Of a stretch of DNA of 64,000 bases, positions 51,769-64,000 are shown in pieces. The notes below the pieces were generated by a model that was not told the DNA's origin, did no database searches, and worked only from the letters and a program-made list of their open reading frames with translations. The position numbers and the translations under genes are program-made. Numbering within the stretch: the stretch's first letter is position 1; every line of letters starts with the position of its first letter. The stretch is taken from the NCBI RefSeq assembly GCF_036321535.1, contig NC_087447.1, positions 49,354,001-49,418,000 on the forward strand, given 5' to 3'. The DNA is from Camelus dromedarius (taxonomy: Eukaryota).

Positions 51769-54700
51769 CTGTACTGTGTGCCTGGCCCTGCACTGGGCCC
51801 TGAGGACACACTGGGTATGGTTCCTGCCCTCAGGAAGCTTGCATTCTGAGAGTACCTCTCATTCTAGGAGACACCACTGCCAAAGGCACCTGCTCAGCAC
51901 CTCACACACACTATCAAGGGCAACCTTATGAGGCATGTATCATCACCTCCATGTACACATAAGAAAACTAGGGCTCAGAAAAGTGAGTCACACAGCTATA
52001 AGTGACATGTCAAGATGTGAATTCCAATGAGACAGATAAAGGAAAGGGTAAGCTCCAGTATGAACATTAAGACGGAAAAATATGGACATGTTTTACTTAA
52101 TCAATTTTTGTAGCCTCAGTTTGGCATGTCCTAGAGGTTCAGAAAATGTGTATGGAAGGAAGGGAGGAGAGAGGAGGTATATGCTTTATTTAATATTCTC
52201 CAGACTAGGAGATCCCAACCCCCAGTTCAAAATGCATACATTTCCCTTTTCACAGTCAGCCTCAGCTGTTTTCTTTCAGCTAGGGCCAGGAAGGAAGTGA
52301 GAAGAAGGAAAGAGTGCTTCTCCTTTGGGTCAGCAGCTCAGGGCTCACTTCCTCCAGAGAATTTTCCCTGACTCACTCCTCCACGCAGTACCCAATTCTG
52401 GCCCCCACTTATTTGAGTACAACAGCCACGTGTTTGTGTGTGTGTTCGTTGGGGGGAGGGTACTTGTACTCCTGCTTCAATGCACTTCTGCAAACCTGGA
52501 CCTCGCCAGGCTTGGCCAGCCCCAAACAGGAGCTGGGGGTCCAAGAGGTACCAGAGACAGGCCTGCCCTCTAGCACAGGAAACTGACATGACAGCAGCCA
52601 ATTACAAAACAACACACTATCATGAAAGCCTGCAAGGTGCCAAGGGAGCATGGAGGAGGGCATCAACTCTGCCTGGGCAGGGAACACAGAGTCAAAAAAA
52701 GGTGTCATGCCCAAGCACACAGCAGGTGCCCAATGCAGTTCAACTGCATTGTGTTCAACTGAACTGCATTGGGCTTAGGTTCAACCCTAAAATACAAGGG
52801 AGATATCACCAGGCAGAAGAGGAAGGGATTCCAGACAAAGGGATTGGCTTGAACAAAGACACAGACACGTGGAAAGTACAAAGACTGTGGAGGAACATTC
52901 AAAAAAGTCCATGTAGCCAGAGTGTTGGCTGTGTGGCGAGGAGAGCTGGGAAAGGAGCATGGGAAGGAAGGGCCACCAGAAGAACATGGACTGTCTCACA
53001 GGAAATGGGGGGGGAACTGATCAGTGTTTAAGCTGGAGAAGGACAGGGTCAGATGTGAATTTCAGAATAAGAAGAGCATTTGGCAGGGGGGTGGGGGTGG
53101 TCAGTGGGGAGTGGCATTAGACTGAACAACCAGAAGACTACTGCAACAGTCCAAGCCAGAAGTGGGGCTCGGACCGAGCTGGTAGCTGTGGAATGTGGGG
53201 AAGAAGAGCACTCTGGTGATGAGGACATGTATCCATCACCACCAGGTTGAGTGCCCCAAAGGTTAGAGTTTCTCTTCTCCGTGGAGTTTGGAACCTCTCC
53301 CACCCCCGCACCAGCTCTACACTCCAACAGAAGCTGGCCTGGGTCAGGGCTCAGTCCGGAATTGGGTCATCGTTCTTGGTTGAAAGTTCTACTAAAAAAC
53401 TTTTCTTTCTTTTTTAATTTTTATTTTGGGCAAAGTTGACTCTACAAAATTGTGAACATCAGAGATGGCTGGATTGTTTCAAGTATGCATATGGAGTCCG
53501 CGGTTGCCAAAGTCAGCACTCTAAATAATATGAGAAATGAATATGTGCATATTAACTACTCCATTATGCCGTGTGATCATCTTTGTCATTTTTAGGATAT
53601 TAAAAAAAATCTGTTGCAAAGAAAGTTCTCCTTACTGAGTTTAAAAATGCTTCCCGGTTTCTTCCACTGCCCTGGAGCTATAGAAACCCATAATAAAATC
53701 AACCTGCTAATGTGCTGGGTGCTTTCATTAGCACATATACAACAGAGAAAGGATGGAAACTTCATGCCCAGAGGCTGAAAAACTCAGCGCACAGACACAA
53801 AGCTACTGGTAGAGGGGAGGTGAGAACCCCAGAAGTGTCACCTTGCTCTACCACGCCACTGCTCGCCTCTGTGTTCCCAGAGACCCCCCTCAGAGCTGCA
53901 GACCATGCGAGTGCCCGACCCCACCCCCGCTCCACAGCCCCAAGCCTAGAGCTATTTCTCATAGGATGTGATTTTCCGGCTCTTTCATGTCCGCCACTCA
54001 TCTGAGAAAAGTCATCTGCAGGATCTTCCTGGCTGGAGGGAAGGCTTTGCTCCCACTGCCCTCCACCAGAAGAGACCGGGCAGCCCCTGGTTTCCATGGT
54101 GGGGTTGCTGAGCCCAGTGTCTCCTTATATATCTGCCCCATTTCTTCTGTTCGAGCCCAAACACTGTAATACCACATTGCAGAGCTCTTACTTTTCACCC
54201 TAGACTCTGTATCCTCAAGCAGTCCCAAGGCACCCTTTGCTGACAGCAGATGAAGCAAGTGTCTGACACTGTGCCTGGCACCTAGTGGGTTCTCAAGTAT
54301 CTAATAAAGGAAGTCAGTCCCCGCTGAGAACATCGGTCCCAGGAACAACTCCAACAAGTGTCACCTCTGGCTCACGTCAGACTCACCATCCAAAGCCTGC
54401 CTGCTACAATGACCCCTTCTTCTCTCCACTTCTGGGAAGCTGCCTCCGACACGTACCCACTGGGCTTGCTCTGCTCCCAGTATAAACTAATTCCCATTAC
54501 CCCATTCTGGGAGCATGTTGGGATGATCTATTTCCTCTCCCTCAAAAGATATAAGCAGCTCGAGGGATGAGACTTGTCTGTTTCCTCTTCATACCTCAGG
54601 TGCCCAGCCCAGGGCCTAGGAACGTGGCAGATACACAGGTGTTTGTTCACAGGAACCTCCCTGGGAAGGCAGGGGTGGCTGAACAGAAAGGGTATAAGCC

Positions 54701-55904
54701 AACCCTGAAAACACCTAGCCCAGAGGAACCTCCATGCATCCTCAACATGATGTTCCTGCCATCCTGGAACCCAGGACAGCCAGGTCCTGCCTGTGGGAAA
54801 GGGCTTGGTCTTAGGTGGGAGACAGGAGCAGAGCTGCTCCTTAAGTCAGCTTCCCACTAGGAGAGAGACAGGTCATGAGGGTGGACCAGCTGGCTTCGGG
54901 GACGTGCCTGGACTGGAGGTGTGCAACTGGCACAAGCAAGTGCTCAGGAAACGTTTGTGGAATTGAGTGGAACAAACTAAAACACACTGGCTATCTGTTC
55001 AAACGGCTGCAGAGAGGCCAGCTTCCCTCTGGGGCACTTTGCAGGCAAATTATCTCAGGACACGGCCTGTATCCTCTAATGAGGCTTCGCCCCTTTGCAG
55101 CTCTGCTCCCAGGAGTGTGGGAAGGGGGCAGTGCACAGGGCCTACCCCAGTGCCTGCACAAAGCAGCGCACGTAGCTCTCCTCCCGAGGTGGTGTGGGCA
55201 GCACACACCAGCGCCCTAGGCAGGGGGACAGTCATGATGACCTCTTGGGCCCAGGAATCAAAACAAAACAGCGCCTCCTCCAAGGCCCCTCTGGGGAGGA
55301 GTGGAAGAAGGAGGCAGGGAATCGGACTGAGTTATGTAACCAGCTTCCTGGGAGTCAGAGGCCCTGGCATGTCACAGTCCAGCGCTGTGGGGGGAGGCTG
55401 GGGGAGGGGGAGGCGGCTTTCTTCCCCTCTTTTGCTGCTTCTCCTGCAGACCTCGGCAGACCTCTGCAGCCGGCACTGCTTTCCAAGTGCCCCAGCTTCA
55501 AGCAGGCACCTCCCGCTAGGGGTTGAGAACCAGGAAGGGCTGTTGTTGTCTGAGTGTGTGAAACAGCAGCTTGCTGGCTTCCCTGGCAGAAAACCAGGCT
55601 TTGGGCTCCGCACCCGGCACCTGGGGATGGGGGCTAAGGGAGAGAGGCCTGGGACCATGCCTCCACCCTGTCCCCGGCTTCCCATCCCCCAAGTTCTCCC
55701 CACTTCCTCCTAGAGAATCCCCGTAAGTGAGATGACAAAAGGGAGGGAGGGGGCCAGGCTGCCCCAGCACCAATTGCTCCGCCCTTCCCGGCCCTGGGCA
55801 ATCTCACTTCCCTTTCCAGCCATTATCTGACCTTCTCCTCTGGCCCAACGCAGCCCTCCACCCCCGCACACCCAGCAGTGCACACAGTCCTGGGCAGGAT
55901 GGGG

Positions 55905-55908
<4 letters not shown>

Positions 55909-55996
<88 letters not shown>

Positions 55997-56004
55997 CAGA
56001 GACA
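55909..56004 (+). repeat. (GA)n microsatellite followed by (GAGACA)n
   Basis: About 34 uninterrupted GA units followed by several GAGACA units, read directly. Confidence 0.98.
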
Positions 56005-59000
56005 AGAGAGAAAAGCTGAGGTCCACTGCCAGTCTTGAATAATAACAAGGACCTTTATCAAATCCTTACCCTCTCTGCCCACAGCAACCACATGCAATAG
56101 GTGATACTATTACCCTTATTTCACAAATGAGAAAACTGATGTCAAGACAGTTTAAGACCCTCACCTGGGGTCGTGGAGCCAGTGCACAATATTGCTGGAC
56201 AGCAAAGCCAAGTCTAGGTGATTCTGAAATCCAAATCTTCTGGCTATAACTTCAGGGAGCCCCATCCCCACACACCTGAGGGTGTCACTTGGGAAATTCC
56301 TAAACTGTTGGAAAAAATATTACACAACTCTAAATCATCACTGAGGACACTAGTTTGGGAAACACAGGACAGTCATGAGGACAGGGCAGGGCTAAGGGCA
56401 CGACAGAGGCCCAGAGCTTGCTGGCTGCCACCGACAGTCTTCCCTTCTGATTAACCTATAGCAACTCAGTCTCAGGCTGGATCAGACCCATACACAAGCT
56501 ACCGCTTCCAGAAGACAGGGCTGCTAGATGCCAAGCTATCGAGCAGAGAAACACAGCCTGCTGTTTACACCCCTTCCCCTGCCAGCTGTTGAATTGACAA
56601 GCAAAGAGTCCTAGAGACTTTCCAGGCCAACCCCCTTCCCCCTTGCTGCCTGACACACAGAGAAACTGAGGCCCAAAGGGGAAAAGCAGCTCGTCCATGA
56701 TGTCACAGGGTCAGTGAACAAGTGGGTCCCTGTCTCCCAGACCAGATCCCTGCCCTGATTCATCTCACTTGAGTGCTGTCCCCAGAGAGCACCCTCTGTT
56801 TCTCTCCCTGCTCCCCTCACCACCCTCTCTTCCCACTTTCTGCTTCCTTTTCCCAGCTCTGCTCAGCAGGCCCAGTGTCTGAACTCCCCCTACATAGCAT
56901 TCCTCTCCTTCTCACATCTCTTCTGAGCCTCACCACCCACCCCTATCCCACCACTCCTCTGGGCCAAGGAGCAACTCTTGGGTGGTTTAATTAGCTGATT
57001 ATGACCACAGCCTGCTGGATCCAGTGCCCAGAATTCTGTCCCCAGCAATTAGGTGGGTTCTGAGTACTTGCCCAGTGGGAAGCTGATGAGGAGTTCTGTG
57101 CTCTGCCAGTGGGCTAGCGGGGAGAGGGGGGCTCTCCAGTTGCATAAAGAACTCCATGATCACCAGTGGTTCATCGGCAGCCATGGTCCCCTCCTCATGT
57201 CAGGTCAAACCACGCTGGATATACTGTAGCCAGATCCAGATGTCTACCCTAATGGGGGACTCCCTACTCTCCCATGTCACTGCCAGGCCCAGGAAAGACT
57301 CAATAAATGTCTGAGAATGGGCATGATGAACAGAACCCACCCTCTGGGGGGTCAGGAAGGGATGGCGCCATGTCAGGGCACGTATCTAGGAAGTAGAATT
57401 TGGACAAGCAGAAAAGGAGCAAGGATGGCATTCTTGATGGCAGGAGCAGCAGGAGCAAAGGCACAGAGGCTGGAATGAGCCACCAATCCCCTGCCAGGTA
57501 GCTCTGGTTGTCCGAAAACACATTCTCCCAGCAAGGTAAAGCCCGTCATCCAGTAACCTCCACCCTTCAGGTCCTAGAGAATAATCTAATGCCTGTGGCA
57601 CCGGGTCACTTTTAGATATTTCAGAATCAGCGGTGATGTCCCATTGTCCTCACCCACCACACTGCCCATCCCCAAGTATATCTTTTCCCAGTGAAACACC
57701 TACGTTACCTCCTTGGCTGAACAAATATTTATGGAGCTCAGTGCTATGCCAGGTCTGCACAGGTACAAAGGGACAACAGACCCAGGCCAGGTGCCCTTGG
57801 CCTCACAAAGAGGTCATCACTAGTGTGCAGATAAGCAGGGCCCATGAAGAGAGGGAGAAATGAGTGCCGACAGAAAGAGAGAGAGAATGAATATATGGCC
57901 AAAAAAGGTTATAAGACACTTGGAGATCAGTGAGGGCTTCCCAGAGAAGGAGGCCATGTGTGATCCAGACCTTGAAAGACAGGAAGGGTGTTGTGAACTA
58001 ATCTCATATAACACTGCACTTGTGCCAGGGACTCGTCTCCTAGCTGTACCTATTTTAACTCATCTAATCCTCAAGACAACCTATAGTGCCAACACTATTG
58101 CTACCCCATTTTACAGATGAGGGAGTTGCAGTAGAGAATGGGTTAAATAATCAGCAGAGTTCTCCAGGCTGGTAAGTGGCAGAGCTGGCTTTTGAAACCA
58201 GGAAATCCGGTTCTTCCTAGAACCTAACCACTATGCTAATGAGCCTCTAGTATTCCCTAATCAGATCACAGAGGGAGCCGTGGGCACCCAGAGGAGGGCA
58301 CAGCCTGGGCAGAGACAATGAAAGCTTCCAGGACTCGCCTGCCTGCTGGTTCCTGCAGGTGCTTTGAGAGGTGGAAGGCTGCTGAGGTGAGGACCTGTTC
58401 CCTCTAGGAGAAGCAAAACCCACGCCCACCCAGGCCCAGCTCCCTGACAGTCTCAGTCCCACTGGTGTGTGGCAGAGATCTGAGCTGCCCAATCCCCTAC
58501 TTTTGTCCCCCAGAAGAAAGGTCACCCCAAACCCACTAGCAGAACACAGGAAACGAGTGACTCAGGAAGAAGAGCATACACTGGCTGATTTGACTTCCAT
58601 AGGGACACCAAGTTCCAGAGAGGATGAATATCGTGCCCAAGGTCACACAGCAATGAGCACACATTAGAGTGTACCTCTGGGAACCGCCCCACCCCACCGA
58701 TACATCCCTGCTTCCACAATCCACTCCCCACCTGCTTCCTGGTCCTTTGCCAAAACGAATCCTCATCCATTGACTGCATAAGCTGGGGGTAGGGGATGAG
58801 GCTGCAAAAGGACCAGGAGGACCAGCTGTGGGGCCAGAGGCCCAGGGCCAGTATGGCAGGGAGTGTCTGCCTCATCCAGGCCCACACCCCTTCAGTTTCT
58901 GGGCCTCTGAGTGTACCCTGGAGAGAGAGCCTGCACCCTACATGGCCTCTAAACAGCTCAGACCTTGAGTGAAGGGTCCTGCCTCCTGCGGACCTGACAG

Positions 59001-62000
59001 GGGCCACAGCACCCTACCTGCTCCAGATTCCTCTCTGGGTACAGGAGGACCCATGGGACTGGCTGTGGTCTCAGCCAGGCCAGGCCCAGCCCTACGAAGA
59101 GGGAAAGCTACTCAGGGGCTATGGTGACTTCAATCACACAGAACTCCAGGGACCTGTCTGGTCCAGTCCCTGGGGCCTGGCCTCCCAGGGATCTCATCTG
59201 GCACCAGGTCTCCTGGGAAGGAACAAGCAGTTCCTCTCAAGTGGGACTAAAGATGGGGCCAGGCCCAGGAAGGAGGTGGTGCGTCTCCAGAGAGATGACC
59301 CTGCCAGGGCTCCTTGGGAGGGAGGGAAGGAGGGAGGAGATTGGGACAACGGTGTCCTTTGTTCCCCTCTCAAAAGCAGCCACCCTGTCTCCCCCACCCC
59401 CTCTGTTCTATACCCCCTCATAGGACTCAAGCCACCCTGAGGCAGGACCCATCCTGCACACAGGAGGGAGGGAGGGTGCCTGGGAACCATCAGGGTTACC
59501 TGTTTTAATCCCGGGGGGTTTATACTGGAGATGTGCCCCACCCCCAGGAGCCCCTGGCTTGATGTAGGAGTCACAGCTCCCACCTGCAGAAGCCTGCCTG
59601 ATGGGGGAGAAACAGGCTTCACTTGCAGGTGGCCTATTCTGACAGGGGGTACATCCGCTCCGCCAGGACTTCCCAAGCTGATGGAGGACACCCCCCATAT
59701 ACCCAGTCTAATGGGGAAGCATGGCTTCTACCCTTAGGGTTCCCAATGGGAAAGACCTAATTTCAGCACGCTAGGGCTGCCACCTCCCTCAGCAGCCTCA
59801 CGCCTCACACACCCACACCTGCACCCACTACCTGCACCTTGGCCTAGACTCTTGTTTCTGTCTGGAACACCTATGCCTTCCTCATGCCCCAGGACCCAGC
59901 TCAGGGGACACCTTCTCCAAGAAGCCTTCCTCAAGACCCCTAGACTGAGTCAGCATAGGCATGCCTGCCGTGAGCAGCTCACACTCCCGCGATGTCCCTC
60001 CCACCCAGAACCCCCACCGCTCCCAGCCCAGGGTCTCACACCCTTCTTCATTCAGCTCTAGGCACGGAGTAAAGCAAGATCCTTCCCTTCCTTCCTCCTC
60101 TGCCCCCTGCAGCCCAGCTTTGCCCTCATGGCTCTGTCAAAACCCCTCTCACCAAGTCACCAGACACTGCCTTCTGCCTAAATTCCAGGGGTCTTTCCCA
60201 AGCTTGCCCTCTGTTGGTCCTTCCCTACTCCTTTGGCTCCCAGGACACAGTTCTCCCTGTCCCCTTCTTCCTCCTCTCTCCTCCCTCAGGCATGGATGCT
60301 CTCCAAAGGCTCAAATGCCCCCAGCCATCCTCTCTTCATAGCTAGACCTTCTCCTTGCAGCATGTCATCCACACTCCACAAGCCAACAGAGACTTTCAAA
60401 TCCCTGCCTCCCACATCCATCCCTACCCTGAGATCCAGACCCACCTATGCAGAAGCCTCCTTATATCTTCCTCAACTTCCAGTCCAGCTCTTGGTCAAGC
60501 TGATCCCCGCTGCAGACCTCATCAGACGGTCAGCCTGGTCACTCTGGCAGCAGCGGAGGATGGCTTGGCGGAGGCCAGGAGGCCACTCCAGGTGTGCTGA
60601 CTCCTGGCCTGTTGTTCTTCCACTGCCTCAGCCCCGAGGTATGGCACACCCACGACTCAAGACCCTCAAACCCATGCCAATGGGAGGCTTCAACCCTGGG
60701 CAGGGAGGCCCACACTTAGAAGCAAGAGTGCTGTGAAGTCTGAAGCCCAGAGGCCAGCCTAGAATCAGAGGTCAGAGACTGATCGGTCAGGTTCAACACT
60801 TTCACTCCCAGCAGCCCCATAAGCAGCCCAGGCCAAAGCCACAGGACTTCCCCATGTTCCAGCCAAGATGGGTCACATACAGCTTAACCACCAAGAAAGA
60901 CGACAGCCAAGGTTCACAGAGAGCTGGTGATTACGTGTCCCATGACACCCACCCTTCTTCCCTGCCAAAAAAGAAGAGTTCATAAACATCTGTAGGGAAG
61001 GAAATGTCACTCCATCCCACTGCCTCCCAGGAAGTCCCTCCTGTTGTCTAACTCTCCTTTATATTACCAATTGAGTTAGTAGGAACAGCAAGAACCAGAA
61101 GGGATGTACAACCTGGGGATGGGGCCACCGGGGAGGTGAGGGAGGCCAATTGTGAGCCAGACAACCTCTCTCTCTGAGTGAAAGCACAGAGCAGCAGGGC
61201 AGACAGGCCTGGGTTCAGAACCTCGTTAGCTGAATGGCAGTGAACTAATTACTTAACCTCTCCTAGTCTGTTTCCCAGTCTGTAAAATGGGAACAACAAT
61301 CCTCACATTAATAGAATCGTAGGGAGAACCAAATGAGATCATGCATGTAAATCTGACATACACCAGACATCCAACCAGTAAGGCTAATGGACTCCACCTC
61401 CTTGTTCATATTTCCCAGTTCCATCCTATCCACAGCCTTAGTTCAGATCACCCCTTCTCTCAGGCTCCTCCTGAGCCTCCTCACTGGTCTCCCTGCTTCC
61501 AGGCCCACCCCTCCCACCCACCCTCCTCACCACTGCCAAAGGCATCCCTCTGAAACAAAAATCTGCTCCCATCCCTCCCTTCCTCGTGCTCCTCTCTGAA
61601 TCATCGTCGACTTCAGGAGAAAATCTTGTCTCCTTAGCTCGATATCCCAGACTGTTGATGACTGACTGGCCTGTGTTCACTCTCACCTGCCGCCCCAGTC
61701 CAACCCACAGGCTGCACGTGTTACTTCATGCCTCCAAGCCTTGTCACACTGCACCCTCAGCGGGCAATGACGTCCCCAATCCCACCCCCTTGCACCAATG
61801 CCACCTCCTTCCCAAGACAGCTTCCCTCACCACACCCCCCGACAGGACTGGGATGGGGGACTCCTCCTTCGGCCTCCCACAGACATGTAACCCTGCATTA
61901 TAATCACCTGCTCTGCTCTAAATCCTTTGGAAACAGAATAGAGCCATTCATTTCTAAACCCTCAGCCCCTGCACTCGGTCAACATTTGTTGAATGGATGT

Positions 62001-64000
62001 ATGGTTGCTCCCAGGGTGCCCAGTTAGAGCAGTCATCATACTACCTGTTCAGTCCTATGCAGGTATTTGTCTCATCTCCTCTTTCCCCCTGGACCCTGGG
62101 AGTTCCTAAAGGGCAGTGACAGTTTCTGACTAATTCTCATTGTCACTTTCATATGGGATGCATTTCAAATCCAGATGCAGGATGGATGTGATGACTTCTG
62201 ATCCTTGGAGTGCTGGATATGTAAAGTTTTCTCTTCTAAGTGAGAGATAAAGCAGAATCCCATGGCTTACAGAACAAGGCAAGGTACCACCCATTATTGA
62301 TTTTTGTCTTTTTCTTCCAAATTACTCAGGAAACCTGTCTGGAAGGGAGAGGGACGCCTCCCTGGACTACAGGGGAAACAGAGAGAGAGAAGGAAAAGGA
62401 GAGAAAGCAGGGCTACCATTACATGGACTAGAGCCAGGCCTGGGCACCAGACTTCGGGCAGCACCTCCTCCCCTGCCCAGTGTATTTAGTAAACACAAGG
62501 AGAGCCCTGAAAATGTTAAGTATGGATAGCTCCAATTTAAAATTGGGAAAACTGAGGTCCAAAAAGGTGAAAATAACTGCCTAAGAGCACAGGGAGTTGT
62601 GGAAAAGGCCTGGCCCCCAAAATAGGGTCCCCCAACAGGTCTGGGTTGCTCATGGGGTCCCCATCCTGCTAACAACCTATGCCAGCAGGGGAGCAGTAAC
62701 ACTTCCCCCCGAGTCACAAAGAGGCTAGCCAAGGCCCAAGAGGGGCTGATGGCGAAGCAGCACACAAGACACGAAGGAGAGGAGAAAGGGCTCCTGACTC
62801 TCTACAGGGAGAAAAGTCTGACCTCAATGGCCAGAAGGATCTTGGCTTTGGGGGACATGGACGTGGCGGAGAAGGGTCACACATCCTCACATGCTCCTGC
62901 TGAGGACAGATACCTAGGTCACAATCCTGGCCAGCTGGTTGCAGTGGGGACCAGCCATCAAGGTGAACGCAGAGGCATGGCACAATCTTCCGAAACCTCC
63001 CCCGCCAGCCTGGGCCTGCACACTCATAGCAGGCCATCCCATCTACGAGGGGCTGGCCAGTGCCCAAGGGTGAGCCACAGAGAAATGGGCCAAGTGGGCT
63101 CCAGCCTCTGCCCCTGCCTCTGACCCCTCTTGACCTTAAGCCAGTCAGGTAACCTCTCTAAGCTCTGGTTCCTCTTCTGGAAAACAGGAAGAAGAAAATT
63201 AATCTCCTTGAAGAGCTGTCAGGAGGACGGCTGGGAAGCAGTTTCTAAACCTTAGGAGTACAAGTTATCTCTGAGCCTCAGTTTCTTCTTCTGGAAAATG
63301 GAAAAATATCTAGGAGACTTTTCTTAGGCTGTTGAGAGAGAGTGTCAGATGCAGGGGGTGTTACATTGCATCGTCAGTGGTCCTGAAACATGATAACCAC
63401 AGGGGCCATTTCTCCCCAGTGTTTTAGCTACTTTGGAGAAGGAATGGGTCTTACACATCTTTGATCCCCACACTATGCCTCATACACCCCAGGCGTTAAA
63501 TAAATAATTATTGGAAGCAAAGAGAGGGTAAGGGCAAGTGGAGAGGGGGAAGAAAGGAGGAAGAAGTGGGACACAAGGATAAAAGAAGGTAAAGAAAGAA
63601 AAGAATGAGTAAGAGGGGGTTGCAGGAGGGGTAAGAGGAGATGAGGGAAAAGTGTGTCAGAACTTAAGTAAGCTGGCAGAGTGAGTGGTAGAACTAGGGT
63701 AACAAAACTAAGCGCCTGACCAGGGCTTGTCTTGGGCCCCAGCCCCCTCCCCTTTTTGTCCCAGTTTCCCATTTTGGAGGCATACCTCTCCCTTTCTGAG
63801 TCAGGGCAGGCTCCTAAAGAGACAGGAGCCCCTCTTCACACCCCCAGCTCAGGAGATACTGGCCACCACCACAGGCTTCAGGAGGTCAGAGGGAAAGGAA
63901 ATGCTGGATGGCAGGCATTTTTCCCAGGCTCCAGGGGGGCCTCCCACCCTGGGTGGTGTGTGTGTTTCCACTTCTCACTTCGTGGGGACTGGAGTGAGTG

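Larger units (their letters stand above)
18287..64000 (-). other. ARRB1: ARRB1 intron 1 (partial; exon 1 lies beyond the window)
   Basis: No MGDKGT-coding exon or CpG-island promoter seen upstream of exon 2 within the window; contains MIR326, which is known to lie in ARRB1 intron 1. Confidence 0.9.

Noticed and set aside
54967..55713. 248-aa plus-strand ORF (likewise 41960..42655, 27004..27603 and 52438..53031)
   Set aside because: No recognisable domain, partly overlapping MIR/L2 sequence; long ORFs arise by chance in GC-rich DNA
55710..56097. Poly-(SL) ORFs
   Set aside because: Translation of the (GA)n/(TC)n microsatellite

Overview
Eutherian mammal genomic DNA (GC-rich, ancient-repeat-rich), not prokaryotic. 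The whole window lies inside the beta-arrestin-1 gene (ARRB1) on the minus strand. Twelve coding exons, equivalent to human exons 2-13, lie between 2006 and 18286. They total 1002 nt (about residues 7-341), all have GT-AG boundaries, and their phases join into one open frame, including the 24-nt alternatively spliced LLGDLASS exon. Exon 1 lies beyond 64000 and exons 14 onward lie before position 1. Positions 18287-64000 are the large first intron, which hosts MIR326 (50584-50678, minus). The rest is old repeats (MIR, L2, L1M, MLT1 LTRs, MER/Charlie/Tigger DNA transposons, some nested) and simple repeats; I saw no young lineage-specific SINEs. Main oddities: (i) degenerate tandem arrays with a ~40-46 bp period and a shared CTCCATCAGAC core at up to five loci; (ii) a perfect 11-bp inverted repeat that could fold the miR-326-3p arm away from the canonical precursor stem; (iii) a decayed C2H2 zinc-finger array in intron 1; (iv) a three-level nested transposon. 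Nearly all listed six-frame ORFs are spurious. Gene, miRNA and repeat names come from recalled reference or consensus sequences, not a database search; repeat subfamily calls and boundaries are approximate.
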